A DNA stretch of 44,370 nucleotides from Bacilli bacterium (GCA_045628045.1 JAZQOV010000014.1:1-44370), one strand, 5' to 3'; positions 22,089 through 32,655 are shown, counted from the first letter of the stretch. Made by a program: numbers and translations. The notes: generated by a model not told the origin, from the letters alone.

Positions 22089-23106
22089 GAGTTATCTCCC
22101 TTCTCTCGTTAGAGTATCTTTTTTCTAATTCATTAATAAGATATTCCATTGAGCTAACAACTTGGTCGTAGTCCATTCTTTTTGGACCAACAATTGCGAT
22201 AGATCCTTCTTTTTGTCCTGGTATTTTAACTTTTGCAGAGATAATTGAGACATCTTCATCATCCTTGGTTTCTCCACCAATATGGATTGAGATTTCATTT
22301 TGTTCATCATTTTCAACTTCTCTAAATACTTCAGGTGATTCAAATAATTCAATTAATTTTTTGATCTTTGTCGCATCATCTTTGAATTCTGGTTGTTCGA
22401 ATAATTCTTCTTTTCCATAAGCACTTAATCTGTCTTTAGCGAATCCTACGAATGCTTCAAGCATAGCTTGATAAATTACATCGTGATCAATAACGTAATC
22501 GCTAAGGAGTGGCTTGATGGCTTTCATCTTAGGAATAAGTTCTGCGATTGATGTGCCTTTAAGTCTTTCATTTAATAATTTGACACAACTCTCAACGTCT
22601 CCTAATGAAGTCTTTTCATTTAAGACAAATGTTTTGTTTTCGACATAACCTTGGTCTGTAATGAATACGCAAGTTGCACTTGTTTCGGAAATTGGGACTA
22701 ATTGAACCGACACGAGTTTTTCTTGTGTGGCATTTGGCCCGAGTACAATGCTTGCTAATGAAGTCATTTGTGACAAGATCTCACAAGATTCTTTAATTAC
22801 ATCGTCGATTGATTGAATTTTTTCATCTAAGATGCTTTGCATCTGATATTTAAATTCATCACTGACAGAACGTTCTCTAAGGTTTTCAATGTAGTATCTA
22901 TATCCTTTAGAAGAAGGTACGCGTCCGCTTGACGTGTGTGTCTTTTCTAAGAAACCTTCTTGCTCGAGTGCATTCATTTCTGCACGAATCGTGGCTCCTG
23001 AATAAGTTAAGCCATACTCTTCGATTAAGGTTTTACTACCAACAGGTTCTGCGGTTTTAATAAAGTGTTCAACAATCAACTTTAGAACTCGTTCTCTTCG
23101 ATTCAT
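22024..23106 (-). CDS. hrcA: Heat-inducible repressor HrcA
   Basis: PVGSK, ATIRAEM, HTSSGRVPS.KGYRYY, GPKRMDY. Confidence 0.96.
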   Translation of the reverse strand: MNRRERVLKLIVEHFIKTAEPVGSKTLIEEYGLTYSGATIRAEMNALEQEGFLEKTHTSSGRVPSSKGYRYYIENLRERSVSDEFKYQMQSILDEKIQSIDDVIKESCEILSQMTSLASIVLGPNATQEKLVSVQLVPISETSATCVFITDQGYVENKTFVLNEKTSLGDVESCVKLLNERLKGTSIAELIPKMKAIKPLLSDYVIDHDVIYQAMLEAFVGFAKDRLSAYGKEELFEQPEFKDDATKIKKLIELFESPEVFREVENDEQNEISIHIGGETKDDEDVSIISAKVKIPGQKEGSIAIVGPKRMDYDQVVSSMEYLINELEKRYSNERREITREGRKQTKPSGTKTKQGQGRN

Positions 23107-23119
23107 TTCCTTTCTCCTT

Positions 23120-23146
23120 TTGGCACTCGTTTTCCTTGAGTGCTAA
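23120..23146. promoter_or_regulatory. CIRCE element 1 (HrcA operator)
   Basis: TTGGCACTC-N9-GAGTGCTAA; one mismatch to the TTAGCACTC-N9-GAGTGCTAA consensus. Confidence 0.95.
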
Positions 23147-23153
23147 CACCATT

Positions 23154-23181
23154 ATTATATGCGTGAGGTTGGCACTGTCAA
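23154..23181 (-). promoter_or_regulatory. SigA promoter of the hrcA operon
   Basis: TTGACA (23181-23176), 16 nt, TATAAT (23159-23154). Confidence 0.8.
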
Positions 23182-23195
23182 CATTAAAGTGCTAA
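23169..23195. promoter_or_regulatory. CIRCE element 2, overlapping the -35 box
   Basis: TTGGCACTG-N9-AAGTGCTAA. Confidence 0.85.
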
Positions 23196-23210
23196 TTTTG
23201 TGAAAAAAAT

Positions 23211-23234
23211 AAAAAATACACACAAAGTGTGTAT
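23211..23234 (-). terminator. Intrinsic terminator after hemW
   Basis: ATACACAC-aaa-GTGTGTAT stem followed by a U-tract on the minus strand. Confidence 0.7.
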
Positions 23235-23239
23235 AATTT

Positions 23240-23266
23240 TTAGCACTTTTTTAATAAGAGTGCCAA
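23240..23266. promoter_or_regulatory. CIRCE element 3
   Basis: TTAGCACTT-N9-GAGTGCCAA, abutting the hemW stop codon. Confidence 0.85.
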
Positions 23267-24361
23267 TTATAGCAATTTAAGAAGCACAAAATCCATTAAT
23301 AAAATGCCTTCATCATTTAATGCGATTTTGTCTTCATTAATATTAAAATATTTTTCGAGTGAAAATTTAATAATTTTATCTTTAAACATTTCGCAAAAAT
23401 CTTTGCCAAATGTTGATAAAAATTCTTCACGAGAAAACCCGTTTTCTAACCTAAGATTTGTTAATAAATAGTAAGTTAATAGGTTCTTTTTTGAGACTTT
23501 TTCTTTATTTGCAACACAGTTGCATTTGTTATACTCATCTAAATTCTTTGTGTTTTGATATCTAACACCATTTACGTATCCAGAAGCTCCTAAACCACAT
23601 CCGTAATATTCTTGGTTATGCCAATAAACTAAATTATGTTTTGAATATTTCTTATTTCTTGCAAAGTTAGAAACTTCATAACGCTCGTATCCATGTTTAC
23701 GTAAATAAGCCAATATTGTTTCATAATATTCACGTGAATCTTCTTCATTTTGTTCTTTTTCGCCTTTGGCGAATAAAATGGAACCTTGTTCAATGATTAA
23801 AGAATAAATTGAAATGTGATCGATGTCTAACTTAATGAAATTTTCGAGATCTTTTTTTAGTTGTTGTAAACTTTCACCTTTAAAACCATAGATTAAATCA
23901 ATATTCATATTGTCAAAACCACACTTTTTAGCTTTTCTAACAGCTTTTTGCGCATCTTCGAAAGTGTGATGCCTATCAATCTCTTTTAATAGCTTATTTG
24001 AGGTTGATTCCACACCTATTGAAAGACGATTAACTCCGTATCTTTTCATAATACAAAGTTTTGATTCAGTTAAGTTTTCTGCATTTGCTTCGACAGTGAA
24101 CTCATAATCATCTGCTAAAAATTTAGAGGCAAAAGATAAAATATCTTCAAATCCATCGTCGCTTAAAGATGTTGGAGTTCCACCACCAATGTATAAAGTA
24201 TTAACTTTGTTAATATGGTATGAATTTATTTCCTTTTTTAGGGCTTCTAAATAAGGTTTTTCATATTTTTTAAAATAAAAAAGTTTTGTGAAGTCGCAAT
24301 AAGAGCAGACGTGATCACAAAACGGGATGTGTAAATATAAAGCTGATGGTTTATTCGCCAT
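23267..24361 (-). CDS. hemW: Radical SAM heme chaperone HemW (HemN-like)
   Basis: LYLHIPFCDHVCSYCDF, YIGGGTP, YEVSNFA, HNLVYW. Start moved to ATG 24361 (MANKPS). Confidence 0.9.
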   Translation of the reverse strand: MANKPSALYLHIPFCDHVCSYCDFTKLFYFKKYEKPYLEALKKEINSYHINKVNTLYIGGGTPTSLSDDGFEDILSFASKFLADDYEFTVEANAENLTESKLCIMKRYGVNRLSIGVESTSNKLLKEIDRHHTFEDAQKAVRKAKKCGFDNMNIDLIYGFKGESLQQLKKDLENFIKLDIDHISIYSLIIEQGSILFAKGEKEQNEEDSREYYETILAYLRKHGYERYEVSNFARNKKYSKHNLVYWHNQEYYGCGLGASGYVNGVRYQNTKNLDEYNKCNCVANKEKVSKKNLLTYYLLTNLRLENGFSREEFLSTFGKDFCEMFKDKIIKFSLEKYFNINEDKIALNDEGILLMDFVLLKLL

Positions 24362-24599
24362 CTTTTTTAGCTGCTTCGTCCATTTGTTTTTGAAGTTCTT
24401 CGTCTTCAATTGGAACAAGAATTCTATCAAGTTCTTCTTTTGCAGCTTCTTTTTCATCTAAATCTGGTTTTTTAATTTGAAGTGGCTTAACGTATTTCTT
24501 TACAAGAATTACGCCAAGAAGGATTAAACCAAAAAATACAACAAGAATTGCGATAATAATTCCTGGATTATCTATAATTGAATTTCCAAATGTTTTCAT
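24351..24599 (-). CDS. Small single-pass membrane protein, unknown function
   Basis: One hydrophobic segment (GIIIAILVVFFGLILLGVILV) and a charged tail; AAGGAG RBS; overlaps the hemW start. Confidence 0.75.
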   Translation of the reverse strand: MKTFGNSIIDNPGIIIAILVVFFGLILLGVILVKKYVKPLQIKKPDLDEKEAAKEELDRILVPIEDEELQKQMDEAAKKDGE

Positions 24600-24608
24600 A
24601 CTTTTATT

Positions 24609-25988
24609 TTACTCCTTGTTAATTGGTGTGTAAACAAACTTATTTTTGATTTGTTCACGTCTATAATAACCATGCTTTGCAAGGTTATCCATTGATGTTC
24701 TACCTGTTTCGTAGACACAATTTTCAAACTTAATAAATTGCTGAATGGTATAAAATTTACCAATTGTGCAGTGATGAACATAGAAATGGGCCTGAGATTT
24801 CTTAATAAATGGATTTGATTCTAAAATGTCGTTCATTCTTACCTTAAGTTCTTTTTCAGAAACTTGTTCTTGAGGAATATTTTCATATTTTTTCTCAATT
24901 CTTTCTTGAATTTGAGCTTTAGTTTCAATTTTTGAAGCTTGAATTACAGGAGTTTCAATAGAAACACCGAATTCTTCTTTGATTTTCTTCACATCAGTTC
25001 CAAGCTTTGCTTCAGTATCGAGTGCATGGGCATGAACTTGTTCAATACGCTCGTTTGCTGTTTCAAGTGCGCTACAAATAATTGGAGCTGCTTCAACTAA
25101 CGCATAAGTAAAGTCATGAGTTTTAATTGATTCTCTAGTAACCTCGTTAATGAAGTTTTTGTTTGTTAGTAATTCTTCAAAAGGAATGTATAAACTTGAT
25201 GAATTGGCTTCAGACATTGCAATAACCTTTTTTGCGGTCAATGTAGCAAGTTCAAGATTGAATTTTTCAAAAGGTTTAACATAGTTAAACATAAAGAATA
25301 TTGCTACAAGTCTAGAGAGAAGTGAAATGTCGCCATTATTGATGTATTCCATCAAAGAATTCATCATGTCTTCAATTAAATGTGCTGGAACACCTTGATC
25401 GTAAAGCCTATCGACAAGTGCTTTTGATTCAGAAGTTAAATTATCAGAAGTTCTATAGAAAGAAGTTAATTCTTGTTCTCCTCTTAAAATAGCGTATTTT
25501 TGAGCTAAAAAATCTTCGTTAATTTCACTTAAGGAATTATTTTCAAAATCCATAAGTGCTTTTTTATAATTAGCTAAAAATCCAAGTTCAGGATCAGTTT
25601 CTTTGTCTTCAACTATGTTAGTTAAAGTAATCTCAGAAACATCAATCTTATTTAACTTAGCAACATTCTTTAAGCAGATTTTTAACATATCATGTGAAAA
25701 TGTGTAATCTGCAATAGAACCTTTTTTAAGTTTCGAATAAGAGGAAATGTAAATTGAAAGTAAATCGTTTACTTGACTGCTTTTTCCTTGAACAAGATCA
25801 ATGTAAGTTAAAAAGAATTTAACGTGTGCAGTATCAAAAATAGGAAGAACAATCGAAAGACGATTTCTGAAATCCAAAATCTCTTTCCAAATTGGTTCAA
25901 TTAGGTTTGTTCCTAATGATTTTGCAACTTCCATTTTGGTACAATACTTTTCAATTGTATAACGTTGATTTAAATCATTTGCGCCCAT
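24609..25988 (-). CDS. Fic/Fido-like protein with degenerate active site and C-terminal winged-helix-like domain
   Basis: Helical core ending in YVKPFEKFNLELA at the Fic-motif position. C-terminal YTIQQF..YETGRTSMDNL..GYY..KFVY. GAGG RBS and TATAAT upstream. Confidence 0.65.
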   Translation of the reverse strand: MGANDLNQRYTIEKYCTKMEVAKSLGTNLIEPIWKEILDFRNRLSIVLPIFDTAHVKFFLTYIDLVQGKSSQVNDLLSIYISSYSKLKKGSIADYTFSHDMLKICLKNVAKLNKIDVSEITLTNIVEDKETDPELGFLANYKKALMDFENNSLSEINEDFLAQKYAILRGEQELTSFYRTSDNLTSESKALVDRLYDQGVPAHLIEDMMNSLMEYINNGDISLLSRLVAIFFMFNYVKPFEKFNLELATLTAKKVIAMSEANSSSLYIPFEELLTNKNFINEVTRESIKTHDFTYALVEAAPIICSALETANERIEQVHAHALDTEAKLGTDVKKIKEEFGVSIETPVIQASKIETKAQIQERIEKKYENIPQEQVSEKELKVRMNDILESNPFIKKSQAHFYVHHCTIGKFYTIQQFIKFENCVYETGRTSMDNLAKHGYYRREQIKNKFVYTPINKE

Positions 25989-26014
25989 AATTTTTATCCT
26001 CGCACTATAATTAT

Positions 26015-26050
26015 AAAAAAAGTAACTCCTTATGTAAATAAGAAATTACT
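26015..26050 (-). terminator. Intrinsic terminator after lepA
   Basis: RNA AGUAAUUUCUUAU-UUAC-AUAAGGAGUUACU-UUUUUU, with two GU pairs. Confidence 0.65.
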
Positions 26051-26070
26051 AATTTAGTACTAAATTGTTA

Positions 26071-27879
26071 TTAATCTTCGTCGATTGATAAGACAGTCAT
26101 GAATGCTTCTTGAGGCACTTCAACAGAGCCGATAGCTTTCATTCTCTTCTTACCTTCTTTTTGTTTTTCGAGGAGTTTACGTTTACGTGAAATATCACCA
26201 CCATAGCATTTAGCTAAAACGTCTTTTCTAACAGCTTTTATGTCTGCTCGAGCAATGACTTTTCCATTAATTGCAGCTTGAATAGGAACTTCAAATTGCT
26301 GTCTTGGAATAATTTCTTTAAGTTTGCGCACAACAATGGAACCGCGCTCGTATGCATTCCCACGATAAACAATTATGCTTAAAGCATCTATGACTTCTCC
26401 ATTAAGAAGAATATCCATCTTAGAAAGATTGCCAACTTTATAGTCGCTATATTCATAATCAAATGAAGCGTAACCTTTTGTAAAAGATTTGAGTTTATCG
26501 AAGAAATTGTAGACAATTTCTGCAAGTGGTAATTCATATGTAACAATCATTCTTGTGTCATCAAAATATTGAAGATCAATGTAAATTCCTCTTCTATTTT
26601 GACAAAGATCCATAACTGGTCCAACATACTCTTTTGGAGTCATAATTTGAGCCTTTACGTAAGGTTCTTGTATTTCTTTGATTGTGGTTAAATCTGGTAA
26701 TTTTGAAGGGTTATCAAGTTCAATAACTTCACCATCAGACTTATAAACTTTATAAATAACGCTTGGAGCAGTAAGGATTAAATCTAATCCATATTCTCTT
26801 TCAAGACGTTCTTGGACTACGTCCATGTGTAATAAACCTAAGAATCCGCATCTAAAACCAAAACCTAAAGCTTGAGAAGTTTCAGCTTCAAATGTTAATG
26901 AAGCGTCGTTTAATGTAAGTTTCTCTAAAGCATCTTTGAGATCTAAGAATTTTTTAGAGTCTACAGGATAAAGACCACAATAAACCATTGGATTCATTTT
27001 TCTGTAGCCTGGAAGTGCTTCTTTTGCAGGATTAGTTACTAAAGTAACTGTTTCGCCAGGATGAACGTCTCTAATATCTTTAATTTGAGCTGCTAAATAA
27101 CCAACTTCACCGCTTGCTAATTCATCAACTTTTATTTCTTTCGGAGTTCTAATTCCAACTTCGGTTACTAAATATTCTTTGTTTGCAGCCATTAATTTAA
27201 TTGTGTCTCCAACTTTTACTTTGCCTTCTTTAACACGAATTAAAATAACAACTCCGCGGTATGAATCGTAGTAAGAATCAAATATTAAAGCCTTTAAAGG
27301 CTTATTATCGTCTCCTTCTGGAGCTGGAATATAATTGACAACTGCTTCAAGAACATCTTCTACTCCAAGGCCTGTTTTAGCAGAAACTAAACAAGCATTG
27401 TCTGTAGGAATACCAATTCTTTCTTCAATTTCCTTCTTTGCCATATCTGGCATTGCACTAGGAAGATCAATTTTATTGATAACAGGAACAATCTCAAGAT
27501 TATTATCGACTGCTAAGTAAACGTTAGCTAAAGTTTGTGCCTCAACGCCTTGTGTTGCATCAACTACCAAAAGACAGCCTTCACATGCTGCAAGTGACCT
27601 ACTTACTTCGTAAGAAAAGTCGACGTGCCCCGGAGTATCGATTAAATTAAATAAATAATCTTCACCGTTTTTAGCTCTATATTTAAGCGTAACAGCGTTT
27701 AGTTTAATTGTAATTCCTCTTTCTCTTTCGAGATCCATTGAATCGAGGAATTGTTCTTTCATTTCTCTTTGAGAAACAGTATCAGTTAACTCTAAAATTC
27801 TATCGGCCAAGGTAGATTTACCGTGGTCAATATGAGCAATTATAGAGAAGTTTCTGATGTGTTTCTTGTCGTATGTCAT
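26071..27879 (-). CDS. lepA: Translation factor LepA (EF4)
   Basis: [62 protein letters not shown] start at 27879. Confidence 0.98.
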   Translation of the reverse strand: MTYDKKHIRNFSIIAHIDHGKSTLADRILELTDTVSQREMKEQFLDSMDLERERGITIKLNAVTLKYRAKNGEDYLFNLIDTPGHVDFSYEVSRSLAACEGCLLVVDATQGVEAQTLANVYLAVDNNLEIVPVINKIDLPSAMPDMAKKEIEERIGIPTDNACLVSAKTGLGVEDVLEAVVNYIPAPEGDDNKPLKALIFDSYYDSYRGVVILIRVKEGKVKVGDTIKLMAANKEYLVTEVGIRTPKEIKVDELASGEVGYLAAQIKDIRDVHPGETVTLVTNPAKEALPGYRKMNPMVYCGLYPVDSKKFLDLKDALEKLTLNDASLTFEAETSQALGFGFRCGFLGLLHMDVVQERLEREYGLDLILTAPSVIYKVYKSDGEVIELDNPSKLPDLTTIKEIQEPYVKAQIMTPKEYVGPVMDLCQNRRGIYIDLQYFDDTRMIVTYELPLAEIVYNFFDKLKSFTKGYASFDYEYSDYKVGNLSKMDILLNGEVIDALSIIVYRGNAYERGSIVVRKLKEIIPRQQFEVPIQAAINGKVIARADIKAVRKDVLAKCYGGDISRKRKLLEKQKEGKKRMKAIGSVEVPQEAFMTVLSIDED

Positions 27880-27890
27880 ATGCAAGTATT

Positions 27891-30224
27891 TTATTTATTA
27901 CTCCAGAAGTTTTCAACTTGTTCTTTAATATCGTCGATACAAGTTACAACTTCATAATTTGAATAAGTATTCTTAAAAAGGTCATGATATTCTTCGGTTA
28001 AATATCTATCATCAATAAGTAATGCGACACCTCTATCGTTTTCACTTCTTATAACACGACCAACTGCTTGCATTACTTTATTAATTCCAGGTGAAACATA
28101 AGCGTAATCATAACCTTTATTTTCAACTTTGTTGAAATAGTCTTTAATTAAGTCTCTTTCAAAACAAATTTGAGGTAGACCAACGCCAATAACAACAACG
28201 CCTATAATTCTATCTCCGACAAGGTCAATTCCTTCGCTAAAAGCACCACCAATAACTGCAACTCCAATCGTTGTTTTCTTTGGTTTTTCTACAAAGCATG
28301 AAAGGAATGATTCTTTTTCCTCTTCGCTCATGTCTTTTTCTTGAATTAAAAGGTCAACATCCTCTAAATCAAATAATGAAACAAAAGTTTCAAGATATTC
28401 GTAACTTGGAACGTAGATAAAATAGTTACCCACTTTGTGAGAAACAAATTCTTTTATGTAGGAAGTAACATCTTTTATCGTTTCTAGCCTATTTCTGTAC
28501 CTAATTGATACTTTAGGAGCTACTAATAACTTTAAGTTATCCTTATCAAAAGGAGACGACAAAGAAAGAATTGGATCTGACTTTTCGCCACCTATCATGT
28601 CAATGTAATAATCTGTTGGAGAAAGTGTTGCAGAAAAAATAACTTTTCCTTTCACTTGGTCTAGGGTTCGTTTTATATGTTTGTTTGGATCAATACAGAA
28701 CAATGAAATCTTCACATCTTTTTCATTCTTTTTGGTAACATAAAGTGCAAATGTATCATCATAAAAATCCAAAAGTTTAATGAATTTATTAACATCTAAG
28801 TAGAATTCTTTAAACTCATCTGTCACCACAGAATGGTGATTTTTGTTAACGTCATTACATGCTAAAAGATAAGCATTTATCGCATTAATTTGAGTTTTAC
28901 TCGGGAAAGGAATTAAAGTGCTGCCTAAAGGATAATCACTAAAAGAGTTAAATAATTTAGTCATTTTTGTTTGAGCGGCTTTAAGTTTCTTATGTTCAAA
29001 ATGTTTTACTGACTTTTTAACTTTCCTATAAAGATATGAATCGAAAGATGCGCTATACATTGAACGACCTCTTTCAACTAGGTTATGTGCCTCATCTACT
29101 AAAACAACCATGTTTGAGGCATCTTTATCAAAGAAGCGTTTTAAATAAACGATTGGATCAAAGAAATAATTGTAATCACAGATTATTAAATCTGTATAGA
29201 GTGATAAATCTAACTGTAGTTCAAAAGGACAAACAGCGTATTCTCGTGCCAAAGAAACGATTTCTTCAGTAGAAAATACATCTCTACTTAATATTGCGCC
29301 TTTAACAATTTCTCTGATTCTTGAGTAATACCCTTTAGCGAAAGGACATTCATCTGGATTACAAGCTTTTCCTTTAGAAAAACAAACTTTATCTTTTGCG
29401 AGTAGTTCAATTACTGAAGCCTTAAGCCCGTTTTCAATAAGCATTTTACCTGCATTAAATGCCATTTCTTTTCCAGAACTTTTAGCGGTTAAATAAAAGA
29501 TTTTATCGTTATCAGTTTCAGCAAAAGATTTAACGCTTGGATAAAGTGTAGAAATTGTCTTGCCAATTCCAGTAGGAGCTTCAGCAAATAAGACTCCACC
29601 ATTCTTAGCTATTCCATAGGAATACTTTGCTAAATCTTTTTGGCCTTCTCTAAATGAAGTGTATGGGAATTCAATGGTTTTTGCAGATTTATTGCGTGCT
29701 AATTTTTTATTAAAAACAATCTCAAAAAATTCCAAATACGAGACAAATAAATTGTGAATATCTTTCTCAAGTTCCGATGTTAAAAAATCATAAGTTTTAA
29801 TCATTTGTGATTTGTCTAACTGATGAATGTAGGTCAAACGTATTGAAACTGATGAATAACCTTTTTCGTGAGCGTATAAAAGTGCATAGCACTTAGCCTG
29901 GCCTAGATGCCACTCCTCATTGTCTTTGTAATATTCTTCTAAAGGAGCAATTGTTGATTTGATTTCATCAATAACTGCACTATTTCCTAAATCTATTATT
30001 CCATCAGCTCTGCCTTCAAGAGTAATTTTATAACCATTAACCTCAAAAGTTTCTTTTAAAGGGTACTCTGAAATATAGTTTTTGCCTTGTCTAGATTGAT
30101 AGTATGCGTGAATAAGCGTACCTTCATTCATTGTCGCAGCATTATTAATGCGATTATCAATGTCTCCGCTACGTAATAAAAAGTCTACTAATTCGTGAAC
30201 TGACAAAGTAAATGACTTTTCCAT
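27891..30224 (-). CDS. DinG/XPD-family Fe-S helicase with N-terminal PD-(D/E)XK nuclease
   Basis: N-terminal EGRADG..DEIKS..QAKCYA; Q motif, APTGIGKT, Fe-S cysteines (VC..AC..ECPF..VCPF), [16 protein letters not shown]. Confidence 0.88.
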   Translation of the reverse strand: MEKSFTLSVHELVDFLLRSGDIDNRINNAATMNEGTLIHAYYQSRQGKNYISEYPLKETFEVNGYKITLEGRADGIIDLGNSAVIDEIKSTIAPLEEYYKDNEEWHLGQAKCYALLYAHEKGYSSVSIRLTYIHQLDKSQMIKTYDFLTSELEKDIHNLFVSYLEFFEIVFNKKLARNKSAKTIEFPYTSFREGQKDLAKYSYGIAKNGGVLFAEAPTGIGKTISTLYPSVKSFAETDNDKIFYLTAKSSGKEMAFNAGKMLIENGLKASVIELLAKDKVCFSKGKACNPDECPFAKGYYSRIREIVKGAILSRDVFSTEEIVSLAREYAVCPFELQLDLSLYTDLIICDYNYFFDPIVYLKRFFDKDASNMVVLVDEAHNLVERGRSMYSASFDSYLYRKVKKSVKHFEHKKLKAAQTKMTKLFNSFSDYPLGSTLIPFPSKTQINAINAYLLACNDVNKNHHSVVTDEFKEFYLDVNKFIKLLDFYDDTFALYVTKKNEKDVKISLFCIDPNKHIKRTLDQVKGKVIFSATLSPTDYYIDMIGGEKSDPILSLSSPFDKDNLKLLVAPKVSIRYRNRLETIKDVTSYIKEFVSHKVGNYFIYVPSYEYLETFVSLFDLEDVDLLIQEKDMSEEEKESFLSCFVEKPKKTTIGVAVIGGAFSEGIDLVGDRIIGVVVIGVGLPQICFERDLIKDYFNKVENKGYDYAYVSPGINKVMQAVGRVIRSENDRGVALLIDDRYLTEEYHDLFKNTYSNYEVVTCIDDIKEQVENFWSNK

Positions 30225-30238
30225 ACATTTATTATAAT

Positions 30239-30266
30239 AAAAAAGGCTATTAAATTATAGCCTTTT
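30239..30266 (-). terminator. Intrinsic terminator after fmt
   Basis: AAAAGGCTAT-N6-ATAGCCTTTT. Confidence 0.75.
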
Positions 30267-31200
30267 ATTTAACAATTTTACCATTTAGATGTCTGGAGCC
30301 ATTTGCGAAGCTTCGTCCATCCATTTTCTTTTTGCCTGCTAATTGAACTTCTAATAATTCAATAGCACCATCTTTGAGTTTTAAATGAACTCTTTTATCT
30401 ATAGATAATGTTCCAGCTTCTCCGTTAACCGTAAAATCAGTTTTAGCAGCTTTTAGAATCTTAAATTTTAGATCATCAAGCATTACGTAACCGCCTGGTT
30501 CTTCACTTAATCCACGAACATAATTTATAAATTCATCAGTCTTATAATCTAAAGAAAGTTTTTCTGTTTCAGGGCGAATCTTGTCTGCAAATGTAACTTT
30601 TGATTCGTCTTGTTCAATGCCTTTAAGTTCTCCATTAAAATATTTTGGAAGAAGTTCTGTTGATAAATCAATGCAACATTTTACAATCTTTTCACAAAGT
30701 GAAGTATAGTTGTCATCAATGGTAATTTCGCATTCTTTGACGCCAAACATCTTGCCTGCGTCCATTTTATCAACCATCTCCATAAGAGTTACGCCAGTGA
30801 CCTTTTCACCTTCAATAATTGCACGTTGAATTGGAGCTGCGCCTCTATATTTTGGAAGGATTGAACCATGAAGATTTAAAGCACCCATCTTAGGAATGTC
30901 TAATAAACCTTGCGGAACTATTTGGCCATAGGCCATTGTAAGAATTAAATCAGGATTAATGTCTTTAACAAATTCATAATCAAGACGAATTTTATGAGGT
31001 TGATAAACAGGAATATTGTATTTTTCTGCAACAACTTTGGTTGGCACTTTAGTAATAATTGCTTTTCTTCCAACTGGTTGATCTTCTTGAGCAATAACTC
31101 CAACAATATTAAAACCACCTAAAACAAGTGCCTCTAAAACTTTAGCGGACATTTCAGGAGTTCCCATGTATAAAATTTTTACGTCTTTAATTGATTTCAT
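30265..31200 (-). CDS. fmt: Methionyl-tRNA formyltransferase
   Basis: YMGTPE, AYGQI, NLHGSILPKYRGAAPIQ, MDAG. Start moved to ATG 31200. Confidence 0.95.
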   Translation of the reverse strand: MKSIKDVKILYMGTPEMSAKVLEALVLGGFNIVGVIAQEDQPVGRKAIITKVPTKVVAEKYNIPVYQPHKIRLDYEFVKDINPDLILTMAYGQIVPQGLLDIPKMGALNLHGSILPKYRGAAPIQRAIIEGEKVTGVTLMEMVDKMDAGKMFGVKECEITIDDNYTSLCEKIVKCCIDLSTELLPKYFNGELKGIEQDESKVTFADKIRPETEKLSLDYKTDEFINYVRGLSEEPGGYVMLDDLKFKILKAAKTDFTVNGEAGTLSIDKRVHLKLKDGAIELLEVQLAGKKKMDGRSFANGSRHLNGKIVK

Positions 31201-31207
31201 GGCTATT

Positions 31208-31236
31208 ATTATAAATTTAGGGAGAATGATTTTCAA
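31208..31236 (-). promoter_or_regulatory. SigA promoter of fmt (leaderless configuration)
   Basis: TTGAAA-17-TATAAT, ending 7 nt before the ATG; no SD sequence. Confidence 0.7.
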
Positions 31237-31419
31237 TCATATTTAGTAAATAGTTAAAAATAAATATTTCTAAGCATTCTAAATTAAATATCTATTCAAT
31301 TTTTGTGAAAATTTTTAAAAAAATTCATTCGATGAATACTAACAAAATCAAACATTTTATTCCAAAATTTTTTAATTGATTTACACTATTAATCGTTCAT
31401 CGAAAGGATTAAAGATAAA

Positions 31420-31686
31420 ATGGCACAAATTAAATCACAAATTAAAAGAATTCAAACTAATGAAAAATCACGTCAACGCAATGTTTCTGTAAGAAGCCAC
31501 ATCGCAACTGAGTCAAAGAAGGTTCGTTTAGCAGTTGAAAAGAAAGATGTTAAGGCAGCACAAGAAGCATTAAAGGTTGCAACAAAGTTAATTGATAAGT
31601 CAGTTACTGCTGGTGTTTATACACGCAATACTGCTGCACGTAAAAAATCAACACTTTGCGCATTAGTTAACGGATTAAGCAAATAA
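31420..31686 (+). CDS. rpsT: 30S ribosomal protein S20
   Basis: MAQIKSQIKR..N..RN; IDK..GV..NTAARKKS. Confidence 0.96.
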   Translation: MAQIKSQIKRIQTNEKSRQRNVSVRSHIATESKKVRLAVEKKDVKAAQEALKVATKLIDKSVTAGVYTRNTAARKKSTLCALVNGLSK

Positions 31687-32637
31687 TTAGTTCGGAAAAT
31701 TAATTAAAAATAATTCGAAACCATAAAAGCGGTCTATAAGACCGCTTTTTATTTGCAAATCTAAATTATATAAATCATTTAAAACTTTAGCGATCTGCTT
31801 TCTAGAAATATTACGAGCATTTTTAAGTGCTATTTTAACTCTAACTGGATTTACTTCAAGTTGAGCAGCAATTTCGTCTTTATCAAGTCCTTTAGAATCT
31901 AAGAAACAAACTTCTGAAATGAATCTAAATTGGCTTGCAAGCATTGGGATTAAAGCATCCACAAATTTTTGACCTAATAATTGTAAGTCTCTATAAATAG
32001 AGAGAGCTAAAGAATTTTCTCCTCTAAATAGGGCATTTGAAATTTGGAAGGCATCATCTTCAAGTGGTTTTGAAACCATTAAAATAACATCAGATAAAGT
32101 GATTGGATTTTTATACAAAGAAAGCTTTTCAGCTTCATTAAGAAAACGTGTTAAATCACCATCAATTCTACTAGAAAGTTCTTCAACGGCATCATCATTA
32201 ATATCAATGTTTTTTCCTTTAAAATATTTCTTAATGTAAACTGGCCATTGTTCTTTTTCAATATTTAAAAATTCAAAAACTTGTCCATTTTCTTTAATAT
32301 AATTAAAGATATCGCCTTTTTTATCAATTTTTTCACTTTTTAAAATGAAAATTAAGTTAATATCATCATTCGAATTTTTAAGTAATTCAATTATGCGTTT
32401 AACGTCATCTTCATTGGCATCTTTAAGCAAGAAATTAGCATTATCAACCACCACGGCTTTTTTATCATAGCCTAATGGCAACGAAGAAGATTCGTAAATT
32501 ACTTCATCAATGCTAGATTCTTCAAAATCAATCTTTACGACATTAAAATCATCAGGTTCTCCTAAACGTTCCTTAAGAATTTTATTAAGGTGTTTACGAA
32601 TCATCGGATAAAGTTCGCCATAGAGAATGTAATTCAT
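31687..32637 (-). CDS. holA: DNA polymerase III delta subunit
   Basis: YILYGE, SLPLG..KAVVV, EAEKLSLY, DLQIKSG; comEC-holA-rpsT synteny. Confidence 0.9.
   Translation of the reverse strand: MNYILYGELYPMIRKHLNKILKERLGEPDDFNVVKIDFEESSIDEVIYESSSLPLGYDKKAVVVDNANFLLKDANEDDVKRIIELLKNSNDDINLIFILKSEKIDKKGDIFNYIKENGQVFEFLNIEKEQWPVYIKKYFKGKNIDINDDAVEELSSRIDGDLTRFLNEAEKLSLYKNPITLSDVILMVSKPLEDDAFQISNALFRGENSLALSIYRDLQLLGQKFVDALIPMLASQFRFISEVCFLDSKGLDKDEIAAQLEVNPVRVKIALKNARNISRKQIAKVLNDLYNLDLQIKSGLIDRFYGFELFLINFPN
31725..31754 (+). terminator. rpsT terminator embedded in the 3' coding sequence of holA
   Basis: Perfect AAAAGCGGTCT-ATA-AGACCGCTTTT followed by TATTT on the + strand. Confidence 0.75.
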
Positions 32638-32655
32638 AACTTGAATTATACTACA

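Noticed and set aside
27598-27600. AGG-to-Met reassignment, reported in some uncultured Bacilli; prompted by DnaK EGTMTTPS having Met at a usual Arg position
   Set aside because: AGG encodes the conserved Arg in LepA EVSRSL (27598-27600) and in GrpE HDRLIRP (21606-21608), and the DnaK Met is an ordinary ATG.
27891-30224. CRISPR-associated (Cas4/CasDinG) interpretation of the nuclease-helicase
   Set aside because: No CRISPR array or other cas genes are present in the window.
31237-31419. ncRNA in the fmt-rpsT intergenic region
   Set aside because: Very AT-rich with only short weak hairpins; consistent with divergent promoters.
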